Shown here piece by piece: positions 41,117 to 51,539 of a stretch of 64,000 nt of DNA. This DNA comes from an uncultured Lentisphaerales bacterium. Lineage in GTDB: Bacteria; Verrucomicrobiota; Lentisphaeria; JABSQK01; UBA12247. The notes under the pieces are model-generated. The model made no database searches, was not told the DNA's origin, and saw only the letters and a list, made by a program, of their open reading frames with translations. Both the position numbers and the translations under genes were made by a program. Within the stretch, counting starts at the first letter, position 1. The number at the start of each line of letters is the position of its first letter. The DNA is taken from positions 64,001 to 128,000 of the forward strand of contig CALSSJ010000012.1 in assembly GCA_943788985.1 (NCBI GenBank), given 5' to 3'.

Positions 41117-43537
41117 ATGAAGGCCTTACTTTTTACGGCAGTCCTGAGCGGGCTGATTCTTTGTAGCTGCCAGCCGCCGCTCGCGCCTATCCCGGAAGAA
41201 CGAAAGCCGCAGGCGGAGGCGCTTCCCGAGGAGAAACTTCCGGCGGAAGGGCTGCGTGAGAAGGACCGCCTGGCCTTTCTTTTCACGGAGATCACCATGC
41301 GCTTCCCGTGTGAGGTTAAGGATCAGGTAAACGAGATGCTTCCCCGCGTCCATACCGTGACGTTCGCTGAAGAGCTGGGGCCGATTGATGGTGAGCTGGT
41401 GATCCAGATTCCGGCGGATGTGGTCCGGGTTTGGAAGCTCTTCACCAGTCTAGACATTCATGGCAGCGGGCTTGGCCTGCACGGGCAGGAGGTCACCTTT
41501 GACACGCCGCAAGGCGAGTATCACTTCGACTTCTGGCGCAAGGACGATGTCATGCTTTCCGGGCATGCAAGCAAGATGGTGATCTCCGACGGGGATGAGG
41601 ACTACAAGGGCTACCGCATGATCGTGAAAGGGCAAGGACGTATCGATCGCATCCTGCTGCGAAATGGAGGCGGGGTTTCCGCATTTTTTGACGACGGGCC
41701 TTGGTCTACGTTAGGAAAGGATAGGCCCGTCGAGCCCGTGGAGATTTTGGTGGACGCCACGAATCGCCGCGCCATCGGCGGCAGCGTCCGGCTCGAGCGG
41801 GAGAAGTTCTGGCGGGTAGCCTCACACAACAATGCCCATCCCGGCGGCCTGCTCGCCGCCGAGTACTGCGCCGAGCGTGGGTTCTTTCCAGGCCGCGGGA
41901 TTTGGAAGTTGGACGGGCTGACCCACTGGGGCTATGGCGGTCGAGTCCTTAAAGAGAATCCCAAGAAACGAGGTGTCCCGGTGTACTCCGACTTCGATGG
42001 TCTGGAGCTGGACGTCGAGACTAAGGAGACCCGTGAGGATGCGTTCCCGCGTGATTTTAAGCATGCGAACTGTTTCGATAACTGGCCGCCTTTCATGGCT
42101 CTCCAGAACACGCGCGCGAAGAATCACAGGGGCACGCCCGCGGACTTTCAGGAAGCGGCCAAGCTGGCGTCTGCAGCGATCGGCTGGCAGAAGGCGGTGG
42201 ACGGAAGGAACGACTTTTGGTGGGAGGTCAAGAATGAGTCTACGATTACCGAGGAATGGGTGCTGCACGGTGAGGAAGGCGTAGACAGCTGGGGCAAGCT
42301 GGCAGAGTTTCATAACATTATGGCGGACGCGATCAGGAGCGCGCATCCGGATGTTCTGGTCGGCGGGCCCGCCAGCGCTTGGATGGCGCTGCACCATGCC
42401 GACTTCGATCTTGCCCGCAAGCAACTGCGCTTCATGGATGAGACCAGGGGCCATTTGGATTTCTACTCGCACCACTTCTATGAAGGCAAGGAGCTGGTGC
42501 TGTCCGCCGGGGATAGCTACCCACAAGGCTATCTGATGGGCAGGCTTGAGGGCTGTCTGGACTTGTTGAGCAGCCACATGGTGATCACCGATAACGTGCG
42601 GCCGTTTTTGATCAGCGAGACTGGGACGTTGTCCGATCGAACCACGGAGCTGGGGATCTGGCTGAATACCAAGAACATGAGCAGCTATCTGATGCGCTAC
42701 ATCAAATATCCAGACCGGATTGATCTGGTGAATCTGTGGCTGGTGCCATATGCCTGGTGGGATAAGAACGGCCATGAACTATTCAACCCTGATGAATCGG
42801 GCAAGCTCGTTGTCGACGAACGCGTGGGTTACTTGCTCGAGCTCTGGCGTGACTTTCGCGGGGATCGCCTCCCGTACAGGATTCAGAGTCAGGCCACGGA
42901 TGTGCACGTGCATACAGTTGTCGACGGCAAGACAATCTGGGTGGCCATCAATAACCTCAACGCCCACCGCATCGCGGCCGACATCTCACTGCTTGCCGGC
43001 GATGCCACAGTTCAGCGAGTTGAGCAGCTTAGGCTCTATTTCGATCGCGCCAAGATAAAGTTCGAGACCCATACCCGGAGGGGCCTGACGGCCCTGCCGG
43101 TCGCGGTGGAAGAAACCAGCCTAGTCAAGATTACTTTGGATCGCGCGCCACAGACCGGCGATGTCCTGGACGAGCGCACGTATTACGGGGACAGGACGAT
43201 CCAGGCTACAGGCGAGGACGCAGAGTTCGAGGTGGCGCTCCCGTCTGGCGAATTCGAGCGAGCACAACTGCGGGTGTGCGTATCGCGGAATGGCGGCTTT
43301 CGCAGCGCGCTGAGCGTGGCCGTGAACGGTACGGAAGTCTGCCGCGACCAAGTCATCACGGCAGCGGAGAAAACTGGCAATTACTGGGGAGCGCATACGA
43401 TCGAGATGCCAGCTGCGCTGTTAGCCCAAAGCAATGCAATTCGCGTGATGATTCCCGAAGAGGGAGGGTATGTGACTTCGGTCGCGCTGATCACGACCAC
43501 GCGCCTGATAGCCAATAGCATCCTGGAACCAAGATAG
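41117..43537 (+). CDS. GH86-like (beta-porphyranase/agarase-type) clan GH-A lipoprotein with an extra N-terminal domain
   Basis: Lipobox LCSC; VDATNRRAIGG..LEREKF, WEVKNES (acid/base), VGGP, FYSHHFYE, FLISETG (nucleophile), C-terminal beta-sandwiches. Confidence 0.75.
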   Translation: MKALLFTAVLSGLILCSCQPPLAPIPEERKPQAEALPEEKLPAEGLREKDRLAFLFTEITMRFPCEVKDQVNEMLPRVHTVTFAEELGPIDGELVIQIPADVVRVWKLFTSLDIHGSGLGLHGQEVTFDTPQGEYHFDFWRKDDVMLSGHASKMVISDGDEDYKGYRMIVKGQGRIDRILLRNGGGVSAFFDDGPWSTLGKDRPVEPVEILVDATNRRAIGGSVRLEREKFWRVASHNNAHPGGLLAAEYCAERGFFPGRGIWKLDGLTHWGYGGRVLKENPKKRGVPVYSDFDGLELDVETKETREDAFPRDFKHANCFDNWPPFMALQNTRAKNHRGTPADFQEAAKLASAAIGWQKAVDGRNDFWWEVKNESTITEEWVLHGEEGVDSWGKLAEFHNIMADAIRSAHPDVLVGGPASAWMALHHADFDLARKQLRFMDETRGHLDFYSHHFYEGKELVLSAGDSYPQGYLMGRLEGCLDLLSSHMVITDNVRPFLISETGTLSDRTTELGIWLNTKNMSSYLMRYIKYPDRIDLVNLWLVPYAWWDKNGHELFNPDESGKLVVDERVGYLLELWRDFRGDRLPYRIQSQATDVHVHTVVDGKTIWVAINNLNAHRIAADISLLAGDATVQRVEQLRLYFDRAKIKFETHTRRGLTALPVAVEETSLVKITLDRAPQTGDVLDERTYYGDRTIQATGEDAEFEVALPSGEFERAQLRVCVSRNGGFRSALSVAVNGTEVCRDQVITAAEKTGNYWGAHTIEMPAALLAQSNAIRVMIPEEGGYVTSVALITTTRLIANSILEPR

Positions 43538-43546
43538 GAATTTGTC

Positions 43547-44188
43547 ATGAAGCTCATCATCTCGATCACCGCCATCTTCGCGCTCAGTGCGACACTGTTT
43601 GGTGCAGATATTGATTTCAACTCGAGCCCGCTGGGGGCCGAAGAAGTTCCGGGCTGCCAGGGGCGCTACGACATCGTCGAGGTCACGGAAGGTGATCACG
43701 CGCTCCGTGTCTACTCTGATGGCAAAGAGGACTTCGGCGGCGCACGCATCCCACTGTTGGAGGGAAAAGTAATCGAGAAGAACTTCAAGCTTTTCGTCGA
43801 TTGCCAGCTTACGACAGCCCATGCTGCAGGGCGGTTGGTGTCAATCGGGGACTGGAATGCGAACGAGTGGCTCCTGCGAATCGACGCGGTAGGCGGGAAG
43901 ATGATGCTGCGCGGGACATCGTTCCGGACTGGAAAGCCCGCTGACCGTGAGCTCTGTGCCTACAAGTCTGGCGAGTGGTTGCGAGTGGGCATAGCCGTGA
44001 ACCGTAAAACTGGCACCTACGATGTTTCAATTAAGCCTCACGATTCTAAGCAGAAACCCGTGATCGTGAAACATCTTAAGCTCAATCCGAAGGGGAAGGA
44101 CGCGGTCTACCTTGATACCGGGACTTGGCCTGGCCAGAATCCCTATGCGTTCCACCTCGACAACATCACCGTCGAAGTCGCCAAGTAA
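43547..44188 (+). CDS. Secreted ~210-aa beta-rich hypothetical protein (paralog 1)
   Basis: Signal peptide, SD AGGA; ends in jelly-roll-like LDNITV; roughly half identical to the next gene by eye. Confidence 0.8.
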   Translation: MKLIISITAIFALSATLFGADIDFNSSPLGAEEVPGCQGRYDIVEVTEGDHALRVYSDGKEDFGGARIPLLEGKVIEKNFKLFVDCQLTTAHAAGRLVSIGDWNANEWLLRIDAVGGKMMLRGTSFRTGKPADRELCAYKSGEWLRVGIAVNRKTGTYDVSIKPHDSKQKPVIVKHLKLNPKGKDAVYLDTGTWPGQNPYAFHLDNITVEVAK

Positions 44189-44252
44189 CACCGCGTCATC
44201 TCAATCGGCTGACAGCACTGCATCAATACAATTTTAGAATTGGATAGAAATC

Positions 44253-44891
44253 ATGAAGCTCCTTATACCTATCTCCATCGTGGCCCTCTCAGTAGCGAGT
44301 CTGCTGGCAGCAGATTTTGATTTTAATGACACGCCAACTGGGGCTGAACCGGTCGAAGGCTGCCGCGGCCGCTTTGACATTGTCGAGGTATCCGAAGGCG
44401 ATCACGCACTTCGCGTGTATGCCGATAGCAAGGATGATGGAGGCCGAGCACGTATCGCATTACGGGCGGATAAAGGGTTCTCCGGCAGTTTTAGGCTTCA
44501 GGTGGACTGCCGTCTCGCCAAGGCATCTGCGGCGGGCCGGCTGTTTGCAATCAGTGACTGGAATGGAAATCAGCAGTTACTCAGAGTCGATGCAACCGGA
44601 GGAAAGCGTGAGCTAAAAACCTCTAGTTTTGAAAATGGGAAGTCCATTAATCACAAGCTCTGCGACTACAAGCCAGGAGAATGGCTGACCTTCTGGCTGG
44701 TGGTGGACCGCGAGACGCAGACCTACAGCCTGTCCGTGCGGCCGCGCGGATCGAGGGCGAAGGCCACCATCCTCAAGGATCTCAAACTCGATCCGAACGT
44801 GAAAAACGCGATATTCTTCGACAGCCTGACCTGGAAAGGGCAGGGCGCATACGCGTTCGAGCTCGACAATATCATCGCCCGGCCGAACTAA
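44253..44891 (+). CDS. Secreted ~210-aa beta-rich hypothetical protein (paralog 2)
   Basis: Shares DFN, GC.GR.DIVEV.EGDHALRVY, AAGRL, DWN, GEWL, YAF.LDNI with the previous gene. Confidence 0.8.
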   Translation: MKLLIPISIVALSVASLLAADFDFNDTPTGAEPVEGCRGRFDIVEVSEGDHALRVYADSKDDGGRARIALRADKGFSGSFRLQVDCRLAKASAAGRLFAISDWNGNQQLLRVDATGGKRELKTSSFENGKSINHKLCDYKPGEWLTFWLVVDRETQTYSLSVRPRGSRAKATILKDLKLDPNVKNAIFFDSLTWKGQGAYAFELDNIIARPN

Positions 44892-44902
44892 AGGACTCAA
44901 CC

Positions 44903-45572
44903 ATGCCGCGAGCTGCCATGCTAAGTGGTATCGCCGTGCTGTTCCTCTCAAGCTGTACGACCACACCCGTGGCTGACCAGAGCACGCCGGAACCGAGGCG
45001 CAGATATGATTTCTGTGCGTCTGGCACCGAATTGCGCGCGAAATATCGGCGGTGTGACGCAATCCCGCCGGGAGACGTTTATCACTATCTTTGCCGCGCC
45101 TATGGAGAACTCCATGAGCGCGGACGACTTGCACTTTCTTGAGGAACAACTGGAAGTTCCGTATGGCCGGGGAGACGGCGGCTCGACTTGGCACCGAAGC
45201 TAAACGCCGGCCTATCCCGAGCGACCAGATCTTCTGGACGTCACTTACATTCGTGAGCATGGCGCCACCGCCCCTGCCGAGCGTAAGGCTCGCTGGCGCG
45301 ACAACGCCGCTTATTGGCGCGAGATGATTTTCTGCACACACCCCGAGTCTTTTTGCCCGTGGGTAGAGAAAAAGGCCGCGCCGTAGGGGCCATCAACTGC
45401 CGAGGTGGCACTCGAGTTTACCGCCTAGTATCTCAAAGAGACCTGGACCGATGCCGACCGCCCCCGGTACCTCGAAATGCTGGACGAGCCCATGGTGAAG
45501 CCGCGCAAGATTCGCGGCACGCCCACAGAGATTGCCATATTGCACGTCCAGACCTCAGACGGTCCTGTGTGA
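44903..45572 (+). pseudogene. Decayed GH86/beta-porphyranase-like lipoprotein (5' part only)
   Basis: Lipobox LSSC, one frameshift near 45000, then RNIGGVTQSRRETFITI..YGRGDGGSTW..CTHPE..RPRYLEMLDEPMVK with stops at 45201, 45384, 45426. Confidence 0.75.
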
Positions 45573-46011
45573 ATTCGGGCTTTTCTCTCGCAAGAGATAC
45601 GCTCCGAGAGTCTGCGTTTGGTCTTCGCCAAGGAGCGCGCTTTGATTGCCGCAGACCTGCTGGCTGAAATGTGCGCACCGTGCCCACCGATGACCTCGCC
45701 AGCGCTTGATTCCCGCCTTTCTGTAGCATGCGATTCGTCGCCGAAGCAAGTACCCCAGCGCATAGTAAGGAAGGCAGGGACTAATAAGTATCACGATTAC
45801 AACAGACGCGCGAGTGCTCTCAGGGCTGCGACACATTACAGGGGCATTTGCGCTGTTGGTCGGCACGCTGATCGTCAGCGAAAACATATCGCCACTCCAT
45901 GTCCGTATAAATTGCAGTCGCCCGGGCAGATACCAAGCGTAGAACCGTCGGAAACCTTCCAGACAGGAAAGTACACATCAGTAGCAAGTGCGACTTCCGG
46001 CCAACGGTCAT

Positions 46012-46072
46012 TTGACATTGGTGGACTGAGCACTAGCTTCCGCCAACGATATCCCGGTATTGAAAACAATAC
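46012..46072 (+). promoter_or_regulatory. Candidate promoter TTGACA-N16-TAGCTT and palindrome GTATTG-AAAA-CAATAC (possible IclR auto-operator)
   Basis: Hexamers at 46012-46039, palindrome at 46057-46072, SD TAAGGAGG follows. Confidence 0.6.
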
Positions 46073-46092
46073 TTTCCCCGTAAGGAGGCCTG

Positions 46093-46800
46093 ATGAGCAA
46101 TAGTGGCATGCCCGGGCTGCGGCGAGGCTTTCAACTTATGGAGTGGCTGGCGGATTCGCCTGACGGACTCTCGTTTATGGAGATTGCGAAGAAATTCGAC
46201 AATCTGGCACCGGCGACGTTGTCTCGGTTGCTGAAAGCGCTGCTTGAGGAGGAACTGATCAGCCAGAATGGCACGCAGAAGTATGTCTGCGGGACACGCT
46301 TTGTGACCCTGGCGCGACGGGCGCTTGGGGTGGAATCACGAGCGGAGATCGTCAAACCCGTGCTCCGTGAACTGGCGGAGGATACAGGCGAGTCGGCCGC
46401 GTATTTCGAGCAGATCAATGACAGGCACGTGTTGGTAGCAAAGCACGAAATGCCGAATTCGTTTCACTATCAGTCAAGCGGCTTCGTGTTTCCGGACCAA
46501 CCGACGGATCCGGTGCGCTGGGCGTGTGAGGGCGATGCCGCGGATTTTCCGGAGTTGCTGCGCCAAAAAGTCGGCAGCCAGGCAGTGGTTGCCGTGCACG
46601 ATCACTGTGCTGCCATGGAGAAGTTTATCCGTTTCGATGTCATTCGCATCGTGGCGCCCGTACGCTCGTGTGGGGGCAATGCAGTGAAAGGGAGCCTGGG
46701 AATTACCGCGATCAAACAGGATTGGTCGGAGACTGAGCTACAGCGCATGTGCGAGCGCGTCAGCGAAGCGGTCGCCACCTTGCGCGGCGTAGGACGCTGA
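46093..46800 (+). CDS. IclR family transcriptional regulator
   Basis: N-terminal wHTH (ATLSRLL), LRELAEDTGESA, VAPV..GSLGI. Confidence 0.85.
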   Translation: MSNSGMPGLRRGFQLMEWLADSPDGLSFMEIAKKFDNLAPATLSRLLKALLEEELISQNGTQKYVCGTRFVTLARRALGVESRAEIVKPVLRELAEDTGESAAYFEQINDRHVLVAKHEMPNSFHYQSSGFVFPDQPTDPVRWACEGDAADFPELLRQKVGSQAVVAVHDHCAAMEKFIRFDVIRIVAPVRSCGGNAVKGSLGITAIKQDWSETELQRMCERVSEAVATLRGVGR

Positions 46801-46826
46801 GACTAACTAGTTAAACAGGAATAAGG

Positions 46827-48346
46827 ATGATGAACATGACCCTCGGAAACATGCTAAAACTCTTGGCCCGCGACGATCCTGGCGACGAGTGCGTTTGGGG
46901 CACCGGCGGCCACGAAAGAGACCAAACGGCCCAATATTGTGCTGATTCTGGCTGATGATTGCGCGAAGAAGGCGCTGAGTTGCTATGGCAATACTGATAT
47001 TCAAACGCCGGGACTGGATCGGCTGGCCAACGAGGGGATGCGCTTCGAACACGCGCTGACGCCGAATTCGTTCTGCACGCCAGCCCGGGCAGCGGTGCTG
47101 ACCGGAAAATACTCGCACAAGAATGGGCTGACCCATTTGAACCGGCCCTTCGATGGTTCACAGCAGACGTTTCCCAAGCTGCTGCAGGCAGCGGGATACG
47201 AGACGTCGATTTTTGGCAAGTGGCATCTGCTGACGCAGCCGACGGGGTTTGATCATTACTGCGTGATGAAGATGCAGGGGATGGTGACCAATCCCATCGT
47301 CTTTGAACCGCAGCACGAATGGGTGGTGTGGGGCAAGAACACCCGCAAGACCTACAACAACGGCGGCCGAACACTGACGGGCTACAACAATGATGCCATT
47401 ACGACGGAGGCGCTCGCCTGGCTGCGCGAGAAGCGAGACACCGAAAAGCCGTTCTGCCTGCTGCTGCATCCCAAACCGCCTCACGAGCCCTACCAGCCCC
47501 CAAAGAAGTACGCGGATTTCCTGAAGGATGTGACGATTCCCGAGCCAGCTACCTTGCTGGATGACCACAAGGGCCGGACTCCGGAGGCCATCCGTGACAA
47601 GATGTCCGCCAACCGTTTGGTGCTGAAGCAGGTCTTTCAGCCGCTGCGCAAGAAGCTGGAGAAGGAGAACCCGCAGATCACGGAGGGGGAGTTGACGCGG
47701 GCGATCTATCAGCACTACATCAAGGGCTATTATCGGCTGGTGAAGTCGGTAGATGACAATGTTGGGCCGGGTGCTCGACTATCTGGCGGAGAGCGGGCTT
47801 GAGCAGAATACGCTGGTGATCTACACGTCGGATCAGGGGTTTGCGCTGGGGGAACACGGCTTCTACAACAAGCAGTGGATGTATGAGGCGTCGCTTCACC
47901 AGCCGCTGCTGGTGCGCTATCCGGGCGTGGTTAAGCCCGGGACGGTGCATGATTCGATGGTGAACCATGTCGACCTGGCTCCGACGTTGCTGGCGGTAGC
48001 CGGGCTGCCGATTCCGCAGGACATGCAGGGATATTCGCTGAAGCCCATCCTGGAAGACAAGGCTGAGAAGGTGCGCGATGCCTCCTATTACCACTTCTAC
48101 AACCATGGCGAGCGACTGCCGGAGATGATCGGCGTGCGGACGGAACGCTATAAGCTGATTCACTACCCGGGCATGAAGGGCACCTACCAGTGGGAGCTGT
48201 TCGACCTCAAGAATGATCCAGACGAAATGAAGAATCTCTACACCAATCCTGAGTACCAGGCGGTGAAGGCGCAAATGACTCGGGAGTTGCAGACGTTGAT
48301 CAAGGACCTGGATGACCCGGTTGAAGCGCCGGAATTGGTCCAATAG
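46827..48346 (+). CDS. S1 sulfatase (GlcNAc-6-sulfatase-like), frameshifts near 46870 and 47765
   Basis: RPNIVLILADD, CTPAR, GKWHL, KSVDDNVG, YTSDQGF.LGEHG, WMYE, GVRTERYKL. Confidence 0.9.
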
Positions 48347-48446
48347 CTTTTTGAAAGGCGCTTGATGATGGTATGCACAACGCGTTGATCATGAAATCTT
48401 TAGATTCTCTATGTTGCGTCTTCCGTACCGTATGGGACACAGCTAA

Positions 48447-48717
48447 ACGGCCTGTTGATTTAATCGGGCTGAAAGCCCAACAACACCTTAGCCTAGGGCA
48501 ACGCCCTAGGTTACCATTCTCCCAAAGTCGTACGCTGAAAGCGTACTTCACACGGCGTAACGAATTGGAGCGCAAGGAGTTGAGGAACGCGTTCCCTGCG
48601 GGTGTGCCTCCGGCGCTCAGCGTTCAACTCGTAGATTGCAGAGACCTGGGGCGTTGCCCCAGGCTACGATGCCAATGGGCTTTCAGCCCGCCAAATCCCA
48701 TTAAATCAACAGGCCGT
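48447..48717. mobile_element. 271-bp MITE with perfect 18-bp terminal inverted repeats enclosing inverted REP-like hairpins
   Basis: ACGGCCTGTTGATTTAAT (48447-64) / ATTAAATCAACAGGCCGT (48700-17); inner GGGCTGAAAGCCC / GGGCTTTCAGCCC and CCTAGGGCAACGCCCTAGG / CCTGGGGCGTTGCCCCAGG. Confidence 0.85.
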
Positions 48718-48827
48718 GAAGCGGTGAACTCCAACGGGCTGCTCCCACCCTTGACGCCTGACGGTTTCTTCCGGTCCGAAGCAGAGCGCCGCCTATTCGC
48801 TAAACTGAAAGAAGGAATGAAAACGCT

Positions 48828-51539
48828 ATGAGTACAATTCGTATAAGACTGATGTGCTTGGTCTCTTGCGCCGCGCTGGGGCTGCCCAGCCTTGGAGCGC
48901 CGGACCAGGAGGCGGCGGGCAAGCCGATGGTGAAGAACATCCTCTTTATCATGTCGGATGACCTCAAGGCCAGCGTGCTGCCGGCCTATGGCAATGGTGT
49001 CTGCAAGACGCCCAACCTGGACCGACTCGCCGCATCGAGCATGGTCTTTGAGCGCGCGTACTGCCAGGGCCTGGCTTGTCTGCCCTCGCGGCCATCGATG
49101 TTGCGCAGTATCTATCCCCGGGCTGCGGTCACCGCGCCGACCATTGGCGAGCATCTGCAAGAGCACGGCATGCACACGGCTCGGGTGGGGAAGATCTTCC
49201 ACATGGGCGTGCCCAACGCCCAGCGAGACGGCAGTAACGGCTCAGACGTCGCGGCCTGCTGGACAGAACGCCACAACACCATCTCGCGTGAGACCTTCAC
49301 GCCAGGGCTGTACCGGCTCATGAACCGGGGGATTGCCACACGGGAGCTGAAAGGACGCCAGGGCGCAGGCACAAAGGACCGCATGTACACATCCGTCGAA
49401 GCTGACCAGGAAGACGGCTCCGACCAAGCTGATTACATGGTCGCGACAAAGGCCATAGAGCTGTTGCAGCAACGAAAGGCCGCCGCCAAGCCGTTCTTCC
49501 TGGGAGTTGGATTTGTGCGGCCCCACTATCCCATGGTGACGCCGAAGAAGTACTTCGACATGTATTCGCAGGCTGAGATCGAGACTCCGCCCCAGGTAGT
49601 GGGGGACCGGGACGACATCCCAGCGGGCGGGCTCGGCAATGATGGCAGGGGGATGAACACCACCGAAGAGGGAAGGCGGCGCATGTGGCAGGCCTACTAC
49701 GCGTCGGTCAGCTTTATGGACGAGCAACTCGGCCGCGTGATCGCTGAACTCGACCGGCTTGGGCTGCGCGATACCACCGCGATCGTGTTCACCACCGACC
49801 ATGGCTACCACCTTGGCGAGCACGGCTTCTGGCAGAAGGTCAACCTGCACGAAGAGGTGGCCCGGGTTCCGCTCATGGTCAGCGCGCCGGGCATGAAGCC
49901 AGGCCGGACCCAATCGCTGGTTGAGCTGGTGGATCTTTACCCGACCTGCAGCGATTTGCTGGGACTGCCGATCCCGGCGGCCCTGCAGGGCAAGAGTCTG
50001 GCGCGGATCCTGCGGGATCCGGCGGCAAGCGTGCGAGACACCGCTCTGTCGGTCCATCACACCCGTCCCTACGCCGCCATCCGGGCGGCGGACTGGCACT
50101 ACATGAACTACGGGGACGAGGGCGAAGAACTCTACGACATGACCAAAGACCCGCATCAATATACCAATGCAGTCACTGACGCGGAGTATGCGCCGCTGCT
50201 CAAGAAGGCGCGAGCCGCGTTCCAGGCACGGATCGAGGAAGCGGGTCTGAAGCCGCCTCGTCGGGCTACAGCCCGAGCCCGGAAAAAGCCTGCTGCGGCA
50301 AAAGCGTCACAGGGTCAACCCAACATCATTCTAATCATGGCCGATGATATGGGCTACGAGTGTGTTAGAGCCAATGGCGGGACGTCCTTCCAGACGCCAG
50401 CGCTCGATGCCCTGGCCAAGACGGGTGTCCGCTTTGAGCATTGTTATTCCCAGCCGCTCTGCACGCCGTCCAGGGTGCAGATCATGACTGGGATCTACAA
50501 TGTGCGCAACTATGTGAAATTCGGTGTGTTGGACCGGAAGCAAAGGACCTTTGCACATGCGTTGAAGGCGGCGGGCTACGCTACCTGCATCGCTGGCAAG
50601 TGGCAGCTTGGCAATGAGGGCGATGCCCCCCAGCACTTTGGCTTTGACGAGTCCTGCCTGTGGCAGCATACGCGGGGCGCCAGAGACAAGAAGAAGCGCG
50701 ATACGCGCTATCCCAATCCTCACGTGGAAGTGAACGGCAAACCCGTCGATTACACGAATGGGGAGTATGGCCCGGATGTGGTCTCGGATTTCCTGTGCGA
50801 GTTCATGGCCCGAAACAAGAACAAGCCCTTTCTGGCCTATTATCCGATGATCTTGCCCCACAATCCCTTTGTCCCGACCCCAGACAGCAAGGACCCAAAA
50901 TGCCGCGACAACCAGACAAACTTCCAGGATATGGTGGCCCACATCGACAAGGTGGTCGGCAAGGTCACCGCCAAGCTGGATGCGCTGGATATCCGCGAGA
51001 ATACGCTGGTGCTGTTTACCGGTGACAACGGCACTGCCGGGGCCATTTGGGCGCAGTTGAATGGCCGGAAGGTCCAGGGGGGCAAGGGAAAGATGACCGA
51101 TGCAGGCACCCGTGTTCCCCTGATTGCGAACTGGCCTGGCACCATTCCCGAAGGGCGAGTACTCGACGACCTGGTCGATTTTAGCGACTTCCTACCGACC
51201 CTCTGCGACGCTGTGGGGATTTCGGCGCCGCCCGTACCGAAGCTGGATGGCCGGAGTTTTCTGCCCCAGCTCAAAGGACAGCCCGGCGCTCCCCGGGACT
51301 GGGCCTACTGCTGGTACCTGTCGAAGAAGAAGACTGTGGAGGAGTGGGCCCGAACCCAGCGCTACAAGCTCTACCGCACAGGCAAGTTCTACGACATCAG
51401 CAAGGACGCTCTCGAAAAGACGCCCCTGAAGAAGCTATCGCCAGAGGCGCAGCAAGCACGGACCACGCTGCAGCAGGCCCTGGATCAATACCAAGGTGTC
51501 AGGCCGGCTGCGCTTGCTGTTCCCGCAGGAGAGAAGTGA
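48828..51539 (+). CDS. Tandem double S1 sulfatase (iduronate-2-sulfatase-like + arylsulfatase-like)
   Basis: Domain 1 KNILFIMSDD, CLPSR, GKIFH, DHGYHLGEH; Lys/Ala/Arg linker; domain 2 PNIILIMADD, CTPSR, GKWQL, GDNG. Confidence 0.92.
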   Translation: MSTIRIRLMCLVSCAALGLPSLGAPDQEAAGKPMVKNILFIMSDDLKASVLPAYGNGVCKTPNLDRLAASSMVFERAYCQGLACLPSRPSMLRSIYPRAAVTAPTIGEHLQEHGMHTARVGKIFHMGVPNAQRDGSNGSDVAACWTERHNTISRETFTPGLYRLMNRGIATRELKGRQGAGTKDRMYTSVEADQEDGSDQADYMVATKAIELLQQRKAAAKPFFLGVGFVRPHYPMVTPKKYFDMYSQAEIETPPQVVGDRDDIPAGGLGNDGRGMNTTEEGRRRMWQAYYASVSFMDEQLGRVIAELDRLGLRDTTAIVFTTDHGYHLGEHGFWQKVNLHEEVARVPLMVSAPGMKPGRTQSLVELVDLYPTCSDLLGLPIPAALQGKSLARILRDPAASVRDTALSVHHTRPYAAIRAADWHYMNYGDEGEELYDMTKDPHQYTNAVTDAEYAPLLKKARAAFQARIEEAGLKPPRRATARARKKPAAAKASQGQPNIILIMADDMGYECVRANGGTSFQTPALDALAKTGVRFEHCYSQPLCTPSRVQIMTGIYNVRNYVKFGVLDRKQRTFAHALKAAGYATCIAGKWQLGNEGDAPQHFGFDESCLWQHTRGARDKKKRDTRYPNPHVEVNGKPVDYTNGEYGPDVVSDFLCEFMARNKNKPFLAYYPMILPHNPFVPTPDSKDPKCRDNQTNFQDMVAHIDKVVGKVTAKLDALDIRENTLVLFTGDNGTAGAIWAQLNGRKVQGGKGKMTDAGTRVPLIANWPGTIPEGRVLDDLVDFSDFLPTLCDAVGISAPPVPKLDGRSFLPQLKGQPGAPRDWAYCWYLSKKKTVEEWARTQRYKLYRTGKFYDISKDALEKTPLKKLSPEAQQARTTLQQALDQYQGVRPAALAVPAGEK

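Noticed and set aside
29214..45428. Stop-codon reassignment suggested by in-frame TAG/TAA
   Set aside because: Intact genes terminate normally at TAG, TAA and TGA; the internal stops are confined to decayed genes or one isolated site
45555..45887. Possible integrase N-terminal fragment (..LLGEDQ..AYLLREK)
   Set aside because: Similarity too weak and no catalytic motifs
48373..48831. 152-aa ORF with internal repeat LGQRPRL/LGRCPRL
   Set aside because: It is a translation of the palindromic MITE
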